A stretch of 22,799 nt of DNA from Bacteroidia bacterium (GCA_026391215.1 JAPLDX010000024.1:1-22799), one strand, 5' to 3'. Counted from the first letter of the stretch, positions 8,987 to 16,606 are shown. Translations and numbers: made by a program. Notes: a model not told the origin generated them from the letters alone.

Positions 8987-10006
8987 ATGAACCTAAAAGA
9001 AGAAAAGTACAGCAAATTTGCTATTGTAAGGGAGATGATAGAAACCTCCGGGATAATCAAATCCTTTGAGCCAGATGTTTCAAGACGTTTCGTAAAGCCA
9101 ATAAAAGCAAAGAAAGGCTTATTCCTGACCGGCGAAGGCAGCAGCAGGATGTTTCCTGCAAAAAGGGCGATTTATTCATCGCTTAAGCAGGGATTCAAAA
9201 TGCCGGTAATAACAGAAGGATGTACCCAGGCAAGAGAATACAACCTTAAGGATTATGCTGTCTTTGCAGCATCAAATTCCGGGCAGACCAAGGAAGTAAT
9301 CCGGCTGGTCCTTGACCTGAAAAAGAAGAAACATGATCCAATTTTTGGATTAACTGCAAATAAAGCCACAAAACTTGAAGAATTTGCAGACGCTACGCAT
9401 ATCTTGTCATGCGGTAAGGAAAACGCCGTTGCTGCTACTAAATCGGTGGTTGAGCAGGCTCTGTTTTATGATTCCCTGATGAGAAACCTGGCTGGTGAGA
9501 AGATGAAAGGATTAAAGAGTCTCTCAGAACAAGTAGAGAAAGTTCTTACTGCAAAAATTGACGAAAAACTAATTGATCTTATCCGAAAAGCCGATTTCAT
9601 ATATTTTGCAGGCAGGGATAACGGAGTTGCAGGAGAGCTTGCTCTTAAGACCAATGAGATAACAAGAAAAAAATCAGCTTTTCTCGAAGGAACCTTTGCT
9701 CTTCACGGAATAGAAGAGGTGATGGACAAGGGCCAGGTCCTGATCTGGATTGATCCGTTTGATGTGGATCAGGATAAATTCCAGGAATGTCTGGTTAAAG
9801 GTGTGGGTGTAAATGTCATCGCTGTTTCGGCAAACAAAACCATGTTCCCGACTATCAACATTCCTGATGGCGGGCAATATGCTGAGTACGTTCAGCTGGC
9901 AGCCGGCTGGAATATTCTTATTGAAACGGGAATTGCTCTCGGGATCAATATTGATAAGCCGCAAAGGGCAAGGAAGGTTGGCAACGAATATGTGCCGGGG
10001 CAGTAA
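8987..10006 (+). CDS. Stand-alone double-SIS sugar-phosphate isomerase/deaminase (GlmS isomerase-domain-like)
   Basis: TGEGSS, SNSGQTKE, ENAVAATKS, ELALKTNE, HG and C-tail GINIDKPQRARKV; no glutaminase domain. Confidence 0.85.
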   Translation: MNLKEEKYSKFAIVREMIETSGIIKSFEPDVSRRFVKPIKAKKGLFLTGEGSSRMFPAKRAIYSSLKQGFKMPVITEGCTQAREYNLKDYAVFAASNSGQTKEVIRLVLDLKKKKHDPIFGLTANKATKLEEFADATHILSCGKENAVAATKSVVEQALFYDSLMRNLAGEKMKGLKSLSEQVEKVLTAKIDEKLIDLIRKADFIYFAGRDNGVAGELALKTNEITRKKSAFLEGTFALHGIEEVMDKGQVLIWIDPFDVDQDKFQECLVKGVGVNVIAVSANKTMFPTINIPDGGQYAEYVQLAAGWNILIETGIALGINIDKPQRARKVGNEYVPGQ

Positions 10007-10083
10007 CTGAAAAATCCTGAAATTCACTTTATTTAATTTGTTAGTGGTATATTTACATTTATAAGAGGTTTAGTCTGAAAGAA

Positions 10084-11055
10084 ATGGCAAAGAAAAATCT
10101 TGCGGTCGGCATTGATATTGGCGGAACAAATACGGTTTTTGGTTTTGTCGACAGGGAGGGCAATATTGTTGCAGAAGGCAGGATGACTACTTGTAATTAT
10201 GAGAAGGCTGAAGGATATATTGCTGCGCTATACGAAAAAATAATGCTTACCGGGAAAGAGATTAAGCAGGGATTTGAATTAAAAGGATTCGGTATAGGCG
10301 CCCCCATGGGAAACATAAACAAGGGGACAATTGAATACTCAGCAGCATTGCCATGGAAAGGGGTGATACCGCTTTCGGATATTTTTCATGCACACACCAA
10401 ACTGCCGGTTATTGTCACCAATGATGCGAATGCCGCAGCTGTCGGGGAAATGATCTATGGCGGTGCAAAAAAGATGAAAGATTTTGTTGTGATCACCCTG
10501 GGCACCGGCCTTGGCAGCGGTTTTGTCGTTGACGGGAAGCTGATGTATGGGCACGATGGTTTTGCAGGTGAAATAGGTCATACGCCTGTCCGCCCGGAAT
10601 CCTCTGACCGCGAATGCGGATGCGGTAAAAAAGGGTGCCTAGAAACTTATGTTTCAGCAACCGGACTTAAGAGGACTTTTATAAAAATACTTGCAGACAG
10701 CCGGCAGCCAAGTGAATTCAGAAAATACAGCTTTGATGCCATTAACGCGGAAATGATCTTCAATGCTGCAAAAAAAGGAGATAAGCTGGCAATAAGGGCT
10801 TTTGAAAAGACAGGTAAGATACTGGGATATAAGCTTGCTGAAGTTATTTCACACACCAGCCCTGAAGCGATATTCCTTTTTGGCGGACTTGCAATGGCTA
10901 AAGATCTGATTTTCAAACCGGCAAAAAAATATATGGAAGAGTATCTTCTCAGCATCTATCAAAATAAAGTCAAGCTCCTTCCTTCAAAACTGAATACAAA
11001 AAATGCTGCGGTGCTTGGAGCTAGCTCACTTGTATGGTCAAATATTGAATCATGA
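10084..11055 (+). CDS. ROK family sugar kinase (glucokinase-like), copy 2
   Basis: GIDIGGT, NDANAAA, TLGTGLGSG, GEIGH, CGCGKKGCLE. Confidence 0.93.
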   Translation: MAKKNLAVGIDIGGTNTVFGFVDREGNIVAEGRMTTCNYEKAEGYIAALYEKIMLTGKEIKQGFELKGFGIGAPMGNINKGTIEYSAALPWKGVIPLSDIFHAHTKLPVIVTNDANAAAVGEMIYGGAKKMKDFVVITLGTGLGSGFVVDGKLMYGHDGFAGEIGHTPVRPESSDRECGCGKKGCLETYVSATGLKRTFIKILADSRQPSEFRKYSFDAINAEMIFNAAKKGDKLAIRAFEKTGKILGYKLAEVISHTSPEAIFLFGGLAMAKDLIFKPAKKYMEEYLLSIYQNKVKLLPSKLNTKNAAVLGASSLVWSNIES

Positions 11056-11468
11056 TCCTGAAATTATTAATGACAAAACCGATGGCAAACTTCAGCGAAA
11101 TATTGAATTATATCCTTGGCGCCGTCTTTATAGTGATTGTTTTTTCTCTTACCTATGCATATCTGAAACCGCACCAGCTGCACAAAAGACGCTTAGTCTC
11201 CACCCTGCTGCTTAAGATCAGCTATTTGTTCTATCTGCTGGTTCTACTTATAGTTGTTTACCTGGCGGCCCTGGTAAAAGATGGCCTTGAGGATGTGTTC
11301 TTTGGTGTTGAATTCTTTGCATTCCTGGTAGTTCTTTTTGTTCCGACAATAGGTATTCTTGCAAGAAAACTGGCTCATTTCAGTAAGAAACGCGAAGGAT
11401 ATAATTATTTCTTTACCATAGTAAACATTCTTTCAACTATCCTGATTCTGATGATGTACTTTATATAA
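11052..11468 (+). CDS. Hypothetical small membrane protein (about 4 TM)
   Basis: Four hydrophobic stretches; ATGA overlap with the ROK stop codon; the true start may be downstream (e.g. 11082). Confidence 0.7.
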   Translation: MILKLLMTKPMANFSEILNYILGAVFIVIVFSLTYAYLKPHQLHKRRLVSTLLLKISYLFYLLVLLIVVYLAALVKDGLEDVFFGVEFFAFLVVLFVPTIGILARKLAHFSKKREGYNYFFTIVNILSTILILMMYFI

Positions 11469-11485
11469 AATTATTTTTCATATCG

Positions 11486-11493
11486 TAATTTTG
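11486..11493 (+). promoter_or_regulatory. -7 promoter element (TAATTTTG) for the acyl-CoA synthetase
   Basis: TAnnTTTG match 26 nt upstream of ATG 11520. Confidence 0.45.
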
Positions 11494-11519
11494 TTAATAT
11501 TAACTAATAACAGGAACCT

Positions 11520-13172
11520 ATGATCAAGGAACGTTTGGTTGGCTATATAGAACAAAGTATCAGGCAAAACTGGTCAATAGAAGCTTTGTCAAATTATAAG
11601 GAACCGGGTCTTACCTATAAGGAGATTGCTGAACAGATCCTGAAATTCCATATTTTCTTTAAGGAAATTGGAGTAAAGGAAGGAGACAAGATCGCTCTTG
11701 TAGGAAGAAACTCTGCGAAATGGTGTACAGTCTATCTTGCCACAGTGACCTATGGAGCGGTTATAGTACCAATTCTTCCTGATTTCAAGCCTGAAGACCT
11801 CATAAACCTCATTAACCATTCAGATTCACAGATTCTGATCGTTGATGACAAGATCTTTGAATTGCTGGATTGTGCCAAAATGCCGGAAATAACAGGGGTT
11901 ATTTCGCTTGATACCTTCAAGATGATAACCTCAGGTAACGCAAAACTGCAGGAGGCCTATTCATCGGTTGATAAAATATTCGTGCAGAAATATCCGGACC
12001 TTAAGCCCGAAGACATTAAATTCTCTGATATCTCCAACGATAAACTTGCTGTAATAAGCTATACAGGAGGGACCACAGGGTTTTCTAAAGGGGTCATGAT
12101 ATCACATAACAGCCTTGCAGCAAATGTTAGATTCGCCCAGACTCATATGCCCCTTAAACCCGGAGATCCCCTTGTTTCTTTCCTGCCCCTGGCACATACA
12201 TACGGGTGTGCTTTCGAATTTTTGTTCCCGTTTACATTCGGATGTCATATTACCATCCTGACAAAGACTCCTTCACCCCAGATCATACTCTCGGCTTTCG
12301 GGGAAATAAAACCCAGACTTATTCTTTCTGTTCCCCTTGTTATTGAAAAGATCTTTAAGAAACAACTGCTTCCGGTGATAAACAAGCCACTTATGAAGAT
12401 ACTGCTTGCAATACCGGGGCTGAATAAAATTCTTCACAAGAAAATTAAGGGTAAACTGACAAATTCATTCGGAGGAAGATTCAAGGAGATCGTTGTCGGA
12501 GGCGCTGCTTTTAATTCTGAGGCTGAACGGTTCTTTAAGAAAATAGGATTCAATTTTACTGTAGGTTATGGTATGACGGAATGCGGCCCGCTCATCAGTT
12601 ATGCCTCGTGGGATACCACCAAGCTGGGAGCATCAGGCCGTGCAATTGATACATTGGAAGTTACGATAGATTCTTCCAATCCCCAGAAAGAAATAGGTGA
12701 GATAATCCTTCGCGGTGAAAACGTGATGATGGGGTATTACAAAAATGAAAAAGCCACAAAGGATATAATAGACGAAAAGGGATGGATGCATACCGGCGAC
12801 CTGGGGATTATTGATAAAGAAGGAAACATTTTCATAAAGGGAAGAAGCAAGACAATGGTACTAGGCCCGTCAGGTAAAAACATATTCCCGGAAGAGATTG
12901 AAGCTGTAATTAACAATATGGATTATATTGTTGAGTCTCTGGTAATTATGGAAGATAATAAACTTATCGGACTGATCTATCCAGATTATGAAATGATGAA
13001 AAGGGATAATATCTCTGAAGAGCAGCTTTCAAAAATCCTGGAGGAAACCAAAAAATCGGTCAACGAACGGATCCCGGAATTCATGGCTGTAAGCAAATTC
13101 AGGGTGCATCCTGAAGAATTCGCAAAAACACCGAAGAGAAGCATTAAGAGATTCCTTTATACGAAAGAATAA
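11520..13172 (+). CDS. Long-chain fatty acid-CoA ligase (AMP-binding, FadD-like)
   Basis: YTGGTTGFSKG P-loop, SFLPLAH, GYGMTE, GWMHTGDLG, GKNIFPEEIE, KTPKRSIKR. Confidence 0.92.
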   Translation: MIKERLVGYIEQSIRQNWSIEALSNYKEPGLTYKEIAEQILKFHIFFKEIGVKEGDKIALVGRNSAKWCTVYLATVTYGAVIVPILPDFKPEDLINLINHSDSQILIVDDKIFELLDCAKMPEITGVISLDTFKMITSGNAKLQEAYSSVDKIFVQKYPDLKPEDIKFSDISNDKLAVISYTGGTTGFSKGVMISHNSLAANVRFAQTHMPLKPGDPLVSFLPLAHTYGCAFEFLFPFTFGCHITILTKTPSPQIILSAFGEIKPRLILSVPLVIEKIFKKQLLPVINKPLMKILLAIPGLNKILHKKIKGKLTNSFGGRFKEIVVGGAAFNSEAERFFKKIGFNFTVGYGMTECGPLISYASWDTTKLGASGRAIDTLEVTIDSSNPQKEIGEIILRGENVMMGYYKNEKATKDIIDEKGWMHTGDLGIIDKEGNIFIKGRSKTMVLGPSGKNIFPEEIEAVINNMDYIVESLVIMEDNKLIGLIYPDYEMMKRDNISEEQLSKILEETKKSVNERIPEFMAVSKFRVHPEEFAKTPKRSIKRFLYTKE

Positions 13173-13258
13173 CCCCTCGATCCCCATGAAGGGGGGCTAA
13201 AGGGCGAAAGAATAACCCCCCAACCCCCCTGAAGGGGGGCAAGAGGGAGAAAGAATAA
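13162..13258. repeat. 43-bp tandem REP-like hairpin repeat (about 2.25 copies)
   Basis: 13162-13204 and 13205-13247 are 37/43 identical, each with a C-run/TGAA/GGGGGG hairpin; GAAAGAATAA recurs three times at 43-bp spacing. Confidence 0.85.
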
Positions 13259-13277
13259 AATCTGAAAATAAAATTGG

Positions 13278-13949
13278 ATGAAGTTATATGCTGTGATAGT
13301 AGCAGGGGGTACGGGAAAGCGAATGCATGCGGAGATCCCTAAACAGTATCTTGAGCTTGCAGGGAAGCCTGTATTGATGCATACACTCGAAAAATTCAAG
13401 GCATTTGATGATAGTATTGAAATAATAACTGTTCTTCCGGAAAATCAACTGAGATTCTGGGGCGAGCTGCAGAAGAAATATTCATTTGACATACCCCATA
13501 CACTAGTCAAAGGAGGGAAGGCCCGTTTTTTTTCTGTCAGGAACGGATTAAAATTTGTTGAAACTCCCGGACTGGTAGCAATCCATGACGGGGTAAGGCC
13601 GTTTGTGTCCCTTGATACTATTAAAAGGTGTTTCGAAACGGCAGAAAAACTTGGCAATGCCATTCCGGTAATTTCGCCCTCGGATACTTTAAGAATAGTA
13701 AGCGACGAAGGAAGTAAAACCATTAACAGGTTGCAGGTAAAACAGGTTCAGACACCGCAGGTATTCAATGCAGAGATCATAAAAAAGGCATATCTTCAGG
13801 AATACCTGCCCGAATTCACCGATGATGCAACAGTTCTTGAAAGAACGGGCGTAAAGATCAATCTTGTTGATGGGAACCGGGAGAACATTAAGATAACAAA
13901 TCCTGAAGACCTGGTGATCTCAACAGCCCTGCTGCCTGTTGTCAACTGA
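13278..13949 (+). CDS. ispD: 2-C-methyl-D-erythritol 4-phosphate cytidylyltransferase
   Basis: AGGTGKRM..PKQYL, GGKARFFSV.NGL, IHDGVRP, VQTPQVF, TDDA, NIKIT. Confidence 0.95.
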   Translation: MKLYAVIVAGGTGKRMHAEIPKQYLELAGKPVLMHTLEKFKAFDDSIEIITVLPENQLRFWGELQKKYSFDIPHTLVKGGKARFFSVRNGLKFVETPGLVAIHDGVRPFVSLDTIKRCFETAEKLGNAIPVISPSDTLRIVSDEGSKTINRLQVKQVQTPQVFNAEIIKKAYLQEYLPEFTDDATVLERTGVKINLVDGNRENIKITNPEDLVISTALLPVVN

Positions 13950-13977
13950 TATTCTAAAAATAACAAAACATAACATA

Positions 13978-14742
13978 ATGAAAGCAAGAGCAATTTTTAT
14001 AATCGCACTGATGTTTATCTTTTCAGGTTGTGCTGAACTTCTGAATGTTCTTCAATCTGTCAGTGGTCCTCTGCCCTTAACTGAAACGGAAGTTATCAGC
14101 GGTCTGAAGGAAGCACTCTCAACTGGAGCGAAAAATGCTGCCGGAAAACTGGCTCTGGAAAACGGTTATTATGGAGATGCAGCCATGAAAATACTGCTTC
14201 CTGATGAGGCAAAAATAATCATTGATAATATTTCAAAGATTCCAGGAGGCGATCAGCTTCTGGAGGATGTCATCCTAAGAATAAACAGGGCAGCAGAAGA
14301 TGCAGCAAAGGAAGTTGCCCCTATTTTCGTAAACAGTGTCACACAAATGACCATACAGGATGCTTTCGGAATTCTCAACGGCGCCGATAATGCAGCTACG
14401 GCGTATCTGAAAAATACTACTTACAACAACTTATATAATCTATATAAGCCTAAAATACAGGCATCTACAGAAAAGAAGATTGTTGGTAATATTTCAACAA
14501 AAAGCTCATGGGAAACGCTTACAACAAAGTGGAACACAGTAGCCAATTCCATTGCCGGCAAACTGGCAAATTTGAAACCGGTAAACACTGACCTTAATGA
14601 TTATCTTACCAACAAAGCCTTAGCAGGAATGTTTTCAAAAGTTGAAGCAGAAGAGCTGAGAATAAGAAAAGATGTCTCTGCAAGGATTACTCCAATCCTT
14701 CAGAGAGTCTTTGGAAGTCTTGACACAAAAACAACAAACTAA
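13978..14742 (+). CDS. DUF4197-like lipoprotein
   Basis: Lipobox FSGC after ATG 13978; GLKEAL..G, NRAAEDA, IFVNSV..MTIQDA..IL.G..NAAT.YL, EELRIR...LQRVFG. Confidence 0.85.
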   Translation: MKARAIFIIALMFIFSGCAELLNVLQSVSGPLPLTETEVISGLKEALSTGAKNAAGKLALENGYYGDAAMKILLPDEAKIIIDNISKIPGGDQLLEDVILRINRAAEDAAKEVAPIFVNSVTQMTIQDAFGILNGADNAATAYLKNTTYNNLYNLYKPKIQASTEKKIVGNISTKSSWETLTTKWNTVANSIAGKLANLKPVNTDLNDYLTNKALAGMFSKVEAEELRIRKDVSARITPILQRVFGSLDTKTTN

Positions 14743-14757
14743 AGAGGGGAACAGAAG

Positions 14758-15885
14758 ATGTTTGAGAATAATATTCTGGATTTTCAAGGGCTTGAAGTAA
14801 AGGTATCTGACCACGCTAATGAGGGAATACTGGATATCCTGAGCCATGCCGTACAGGGATCGGAGGGTGGAATGAGATTCCAGCTTCAGAATATTCCTGC
14901 TCGTATTGAGGCTTATGGCAACCAGATCAGGTTTGTTTCGCTTTATAAAAAGAACAAAATCACCGGAACGGTAGGGGCATGCTTCCGGGTTTCAGGACAG
15001 GGAGCTCTCAGATATCCATCAACATATATCAGGTACCTGGCCATGCAGTCGACATATCAGTCAGAGATAAATTGGCGGAAGAGAGAGAAAGCAGTGATAA
15101 AGCAGGAACCGGATGATTCGTTCAAGCAGAAGACCCTGGAGATCTTCAGCAAGCCTCATATTCTGAAACTTCCTGGTGTTTTTGAAGAAGATAAGCATAT
15201 AATGTACGGCTTTATTGAAAGCATGAATGAAAGATCAAAAAACCTTGTTAATCAAGCCGGATATGAATACATAAGATCCTTTCTGACGGTTGCTTTCAGC
15301 CGCTTCTCACCAAAAGCTGATCAGCGTGTCTCTAAAATTGAAGATACCGGAAAGGCAAAGATGACCGACCTCCTTAACGATTTTTACAAAGACTATTCTT
15401 TCTTTGCAGCTGATTATGCTTTTTTTGAAAACAGATATTACGTACTGAAAGAAAACGGTGAAATCATTGCAGGCGCCTGCGCTATTCCCACTACTTATAA
15501 GGTTTATGATGTTCCGGGTATATGGGGATGGGTTATGATGAAAGTGCTACCTGTTACACCATATTATAAAAGATTATTTAAGCCGGGTGAATTCAGATAT
15601 CTTGTTTTTGATGCAATCTATTGTAAAAAGGGACGGGAATCAGTATTGGGTAGCCTTTTTGAGTCAGCCTGTGCTACTGAAGGATTTCATACCGGACTGA
15701 CATGGCTTGATGACCGTAGCGAGCTATATGATAAAATAAGGACAGAAGTCAAAATGGGTGCCCTTAACAGGATGCTTAACGCAAAACCGGGACTTGTCTA
15801 TACTAAATTCGTCAACCTTACAGACGAGGAAAAGGAACGTTTTTATGATGCCCCGGCATATATATCCGGATTTGACTTCTCATAA
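14758..15885 (+). CDS. Hypothetical protein, probable tandem GNAT-like fold
   Basis: 375-aa ORF with two GNAT-like beta segments (FVSLYKKNKITGTVGA..YIRYLAM..NERSKNL; YYVLKENGEIIAGACA). Fold call is tentative. Confidence 0.6.
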   Translation: MFENNILDFQGLEVKVSDHANEGILDILSHAVQGSEGGMRFQLQNIPARIEAYGNQIRFVSLYKKNKITGTVGACFRVSGQGALRYPSTYIRYLAMQSTYQSEINWRKREKAVIKQEPDDSFKQKTLEIFSKPHILKLPGVFEEDKHIMYGFIESMNERSKNLVNQAGYEYIRSFLTVAFSRFSPKADQRVSKIEDTGKAKMTDLLNDFYKDYSFFAADYAFFENRYYVLKENGEIIAGACAIPTTYKVYDVPGIWGWVMMKVLPVTPYYKRLFKPGEFRYLVFDAIYCKKGRESVLGSLFESACATEGFHTGLTWLDDRSELYDKIRTEVKMGALNRMLNAKPGLVYTKFVNLTDEEKERFYDAPAYISGFDFS

Positions 15886-15940
15886 AAATAAAGCCCGCAG
15901 TCGTCCAGATCCCGAGTACTCGGGAGGGACTTCGGAGGGC
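15884..15940 (-). terminator. Extended hairpin containing a perfect 16-bp palindrome; probable terminator or REP element
   Basis: TCCCGAGT|ACTCGGGA at 15910-15925, nested in GTCC/GGAC and GCCC/GGGC pairs; followed on the minus strand by TTTATTTTT. Confidence 0.6.
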
Positions 15941-15945
15941 GAAGG

Positions 15946-16013
15946 TGGGGCGTACTGGGATCGAACCAGTGACCTCTTGCCTGTCATCCGCCGGCTGGCG
16001 GACCGAAGCAGCT
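15946..16013 (-). pseudogene. Degenerate tRNA-Val(GAC) copy C: D-loop remnant + 16-nt hairpin + intact 3' half
   Basis: Minus strand AGCTGCTTCGG-TCCGCCAGCCGGCGGA-TGACAGGCAAGAGGTCACTGGTTCGATCCCAGTACGCCCCA; the last 41 nt are 34/41 identical to the 3' half of the intact tRNA-Val. Confidence 0.85.
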
Positions 16014-16019
16014 TATTTT

Positions 16020-16262
16020 TTAAGCCAACAGGGAACGAATAAATTCTCGCCCCCTGAATGATTTTAACTGTTTTTCACGAAGCAAAGCTTCTCTTTTTGT
16101 ATATAAAGTTTCAGAGTATTTTATAATCCAGGGCTTATATTTTGCTGTCCATCCTTTGTTCCGATTATCATTATGAGCTTTTAGCCGAGCCTCCGGATTT
16201 GCTGAATACCCAATATAAATCTTATCATAATCTGAAGAATATAATACATAAACAAAATACAT
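16020..16262 (-). CDS. Small stand-alone GIY-YIG nuclease (UPF0213/YhbQ-like)
   Basis: FVYVL...YIGYS motif pair, RLKAHN (conserved Arg/His), WTAKYKPW, EALLREKQLK (metal-binding Glu); 80 aa. Confidence 0.92.
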   Translation of the reverse strand: MYFVYVLYSSDYDKIYIGYSANPEARLKAHNDNRNKGWTAKYKPWIIKYSETLYTKREALLREKQLKSFRGREFIRSLLA

Positions 16263-16288
16263 TTTTTTAATATTTAGCGAGACTATTG

Positions 16289-16363
16289 TGGGTTGTACTG
16301 GATTCGAACCAGTGACCCCTACCCTGTCAAGGTAATGCTCTAAACCAACTGAGCTAACAACCC
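16289..16363 (-). tRNA. tRNA-Val(GAC), intact
   Basis: GGGTTGTTAGCTCAGTTGGTTTAGAGCATTACCTTGACAGGGTAGGGGTCACTGGTTCGAATCCAGTACAACCCA; full cloverleaf, anticodon loop TTGACAG. Confidence 0.95.
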
Positions 16364-16371
16364 ATAATTAT

Positions 16372-16432
16372 GAGGACGTTTTTTGCCTGTCATCCGCCGG
16401 CTGGCGGACTGAACCAGCTGAGCTAACGTCCC
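16372..16432 (-). pseudogene. Degenerate tRNA-Val(GAC) copy A: 5' part + 16-nt hairpin + anticodon, T-arm absent
   Basis: Minus strand GGGACGTTAGCTCAGCTGGTTCAG-TCCGCCAGCCGGCGGA-TGACAGGCAAAA-AACGTCCTC; GGGACGTT can pair with AACGTCCT. Confidence 0.8.
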
Positions 16433-16441
16433 GGTAATCAG

Positions 16442-16449
16442 CAAATGTA
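16442..16449 (-). promoter_or_regulatory. -7 promoter element (TACATTTG) for the tRNA/GIY-YIG block
   Basis: Exact TAnnTTTG match 9 nt upstream of the first base of copy A. Confidence 0.65.
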
Positions 16450-16520
16450 ATAATTTTTTTAATAATTCTACACAAAAACCGCTGGTATAACAATTCCTGA
16501 ATCAGGTAGTTACAAAAAAC

Positions 16521-16585
16521 GACTAAATAAATAGTCATTTTTCTTTAAAAATATTTGCATGACTATAAAAATAGTCATAGCTTTG
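16521..16585 (+). promoter_or_regulatory. blaI promoter with two palindromic operators (GACTA-N6-TAGTC)
   Basis: Operators at 16521-16536 and 16559-16578 (ATGACTAT-AAAA-ATAGTCAT); TTTG 16554-16557 and TAGCTTTG 16578-16585 with a 20-nt spacer. Confidence 0.8.
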
Positions 16586-16606
16586 TAATGAAGGATTGAT
16601 AATAAA

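Larger units (their letters stand above)
15977..16419. repeat. Direct repeat pair (27 bp identical, 35/37 when extended), 406 bp apart
   Basis: TTGCCTGTCATCCGCCGGCTGGCGGAC at 15977-16003 and 16383-16409, extending to 16013 and 16419 with two mismatches. Confidence 0.95.

Noticed and set aside
7284-11055. ROK genes as NagC/XylR-type repressors or a recent duplication
   Set aside because: Both lack an N-terminal HTH, and they differ at many synonymous and amino-acid positions, indicating old paralogs.
13162-13258. Mini CRISPR array
   Set aside because: The units are tandem near-duplicates without unique spacers, and no cas genes are present.
13157-13399. 80-aa minus-strand ORF with PLQGGWG/PPSWGSRG
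   Set aside because: Translation of the hairpin repeat plus antisense ispD.
15758-16042. 94-aa plus-strand ORF
   Set aside because: Overlaps the upstream CDS out of frame and reads through the antisense of the pseudo-tRNA and hairpins.
15987-16408. 16-nt hairpin or GIY-YIG as a tRNA intron (group I or BHB)
   Set aside because: The hairpin replaces 10 nt, so removing it would not rebuild the D and anticodon stems; no group I core is recognisable, and the interval contains a whole tRNA.
15977-16419. Direct repeats as attL/attR of a prophage or ICE
   Set aside because: Only 406 bp apart, no integrase, and neither repeat restores an intact tRNA because both carry the hairpin substitution.
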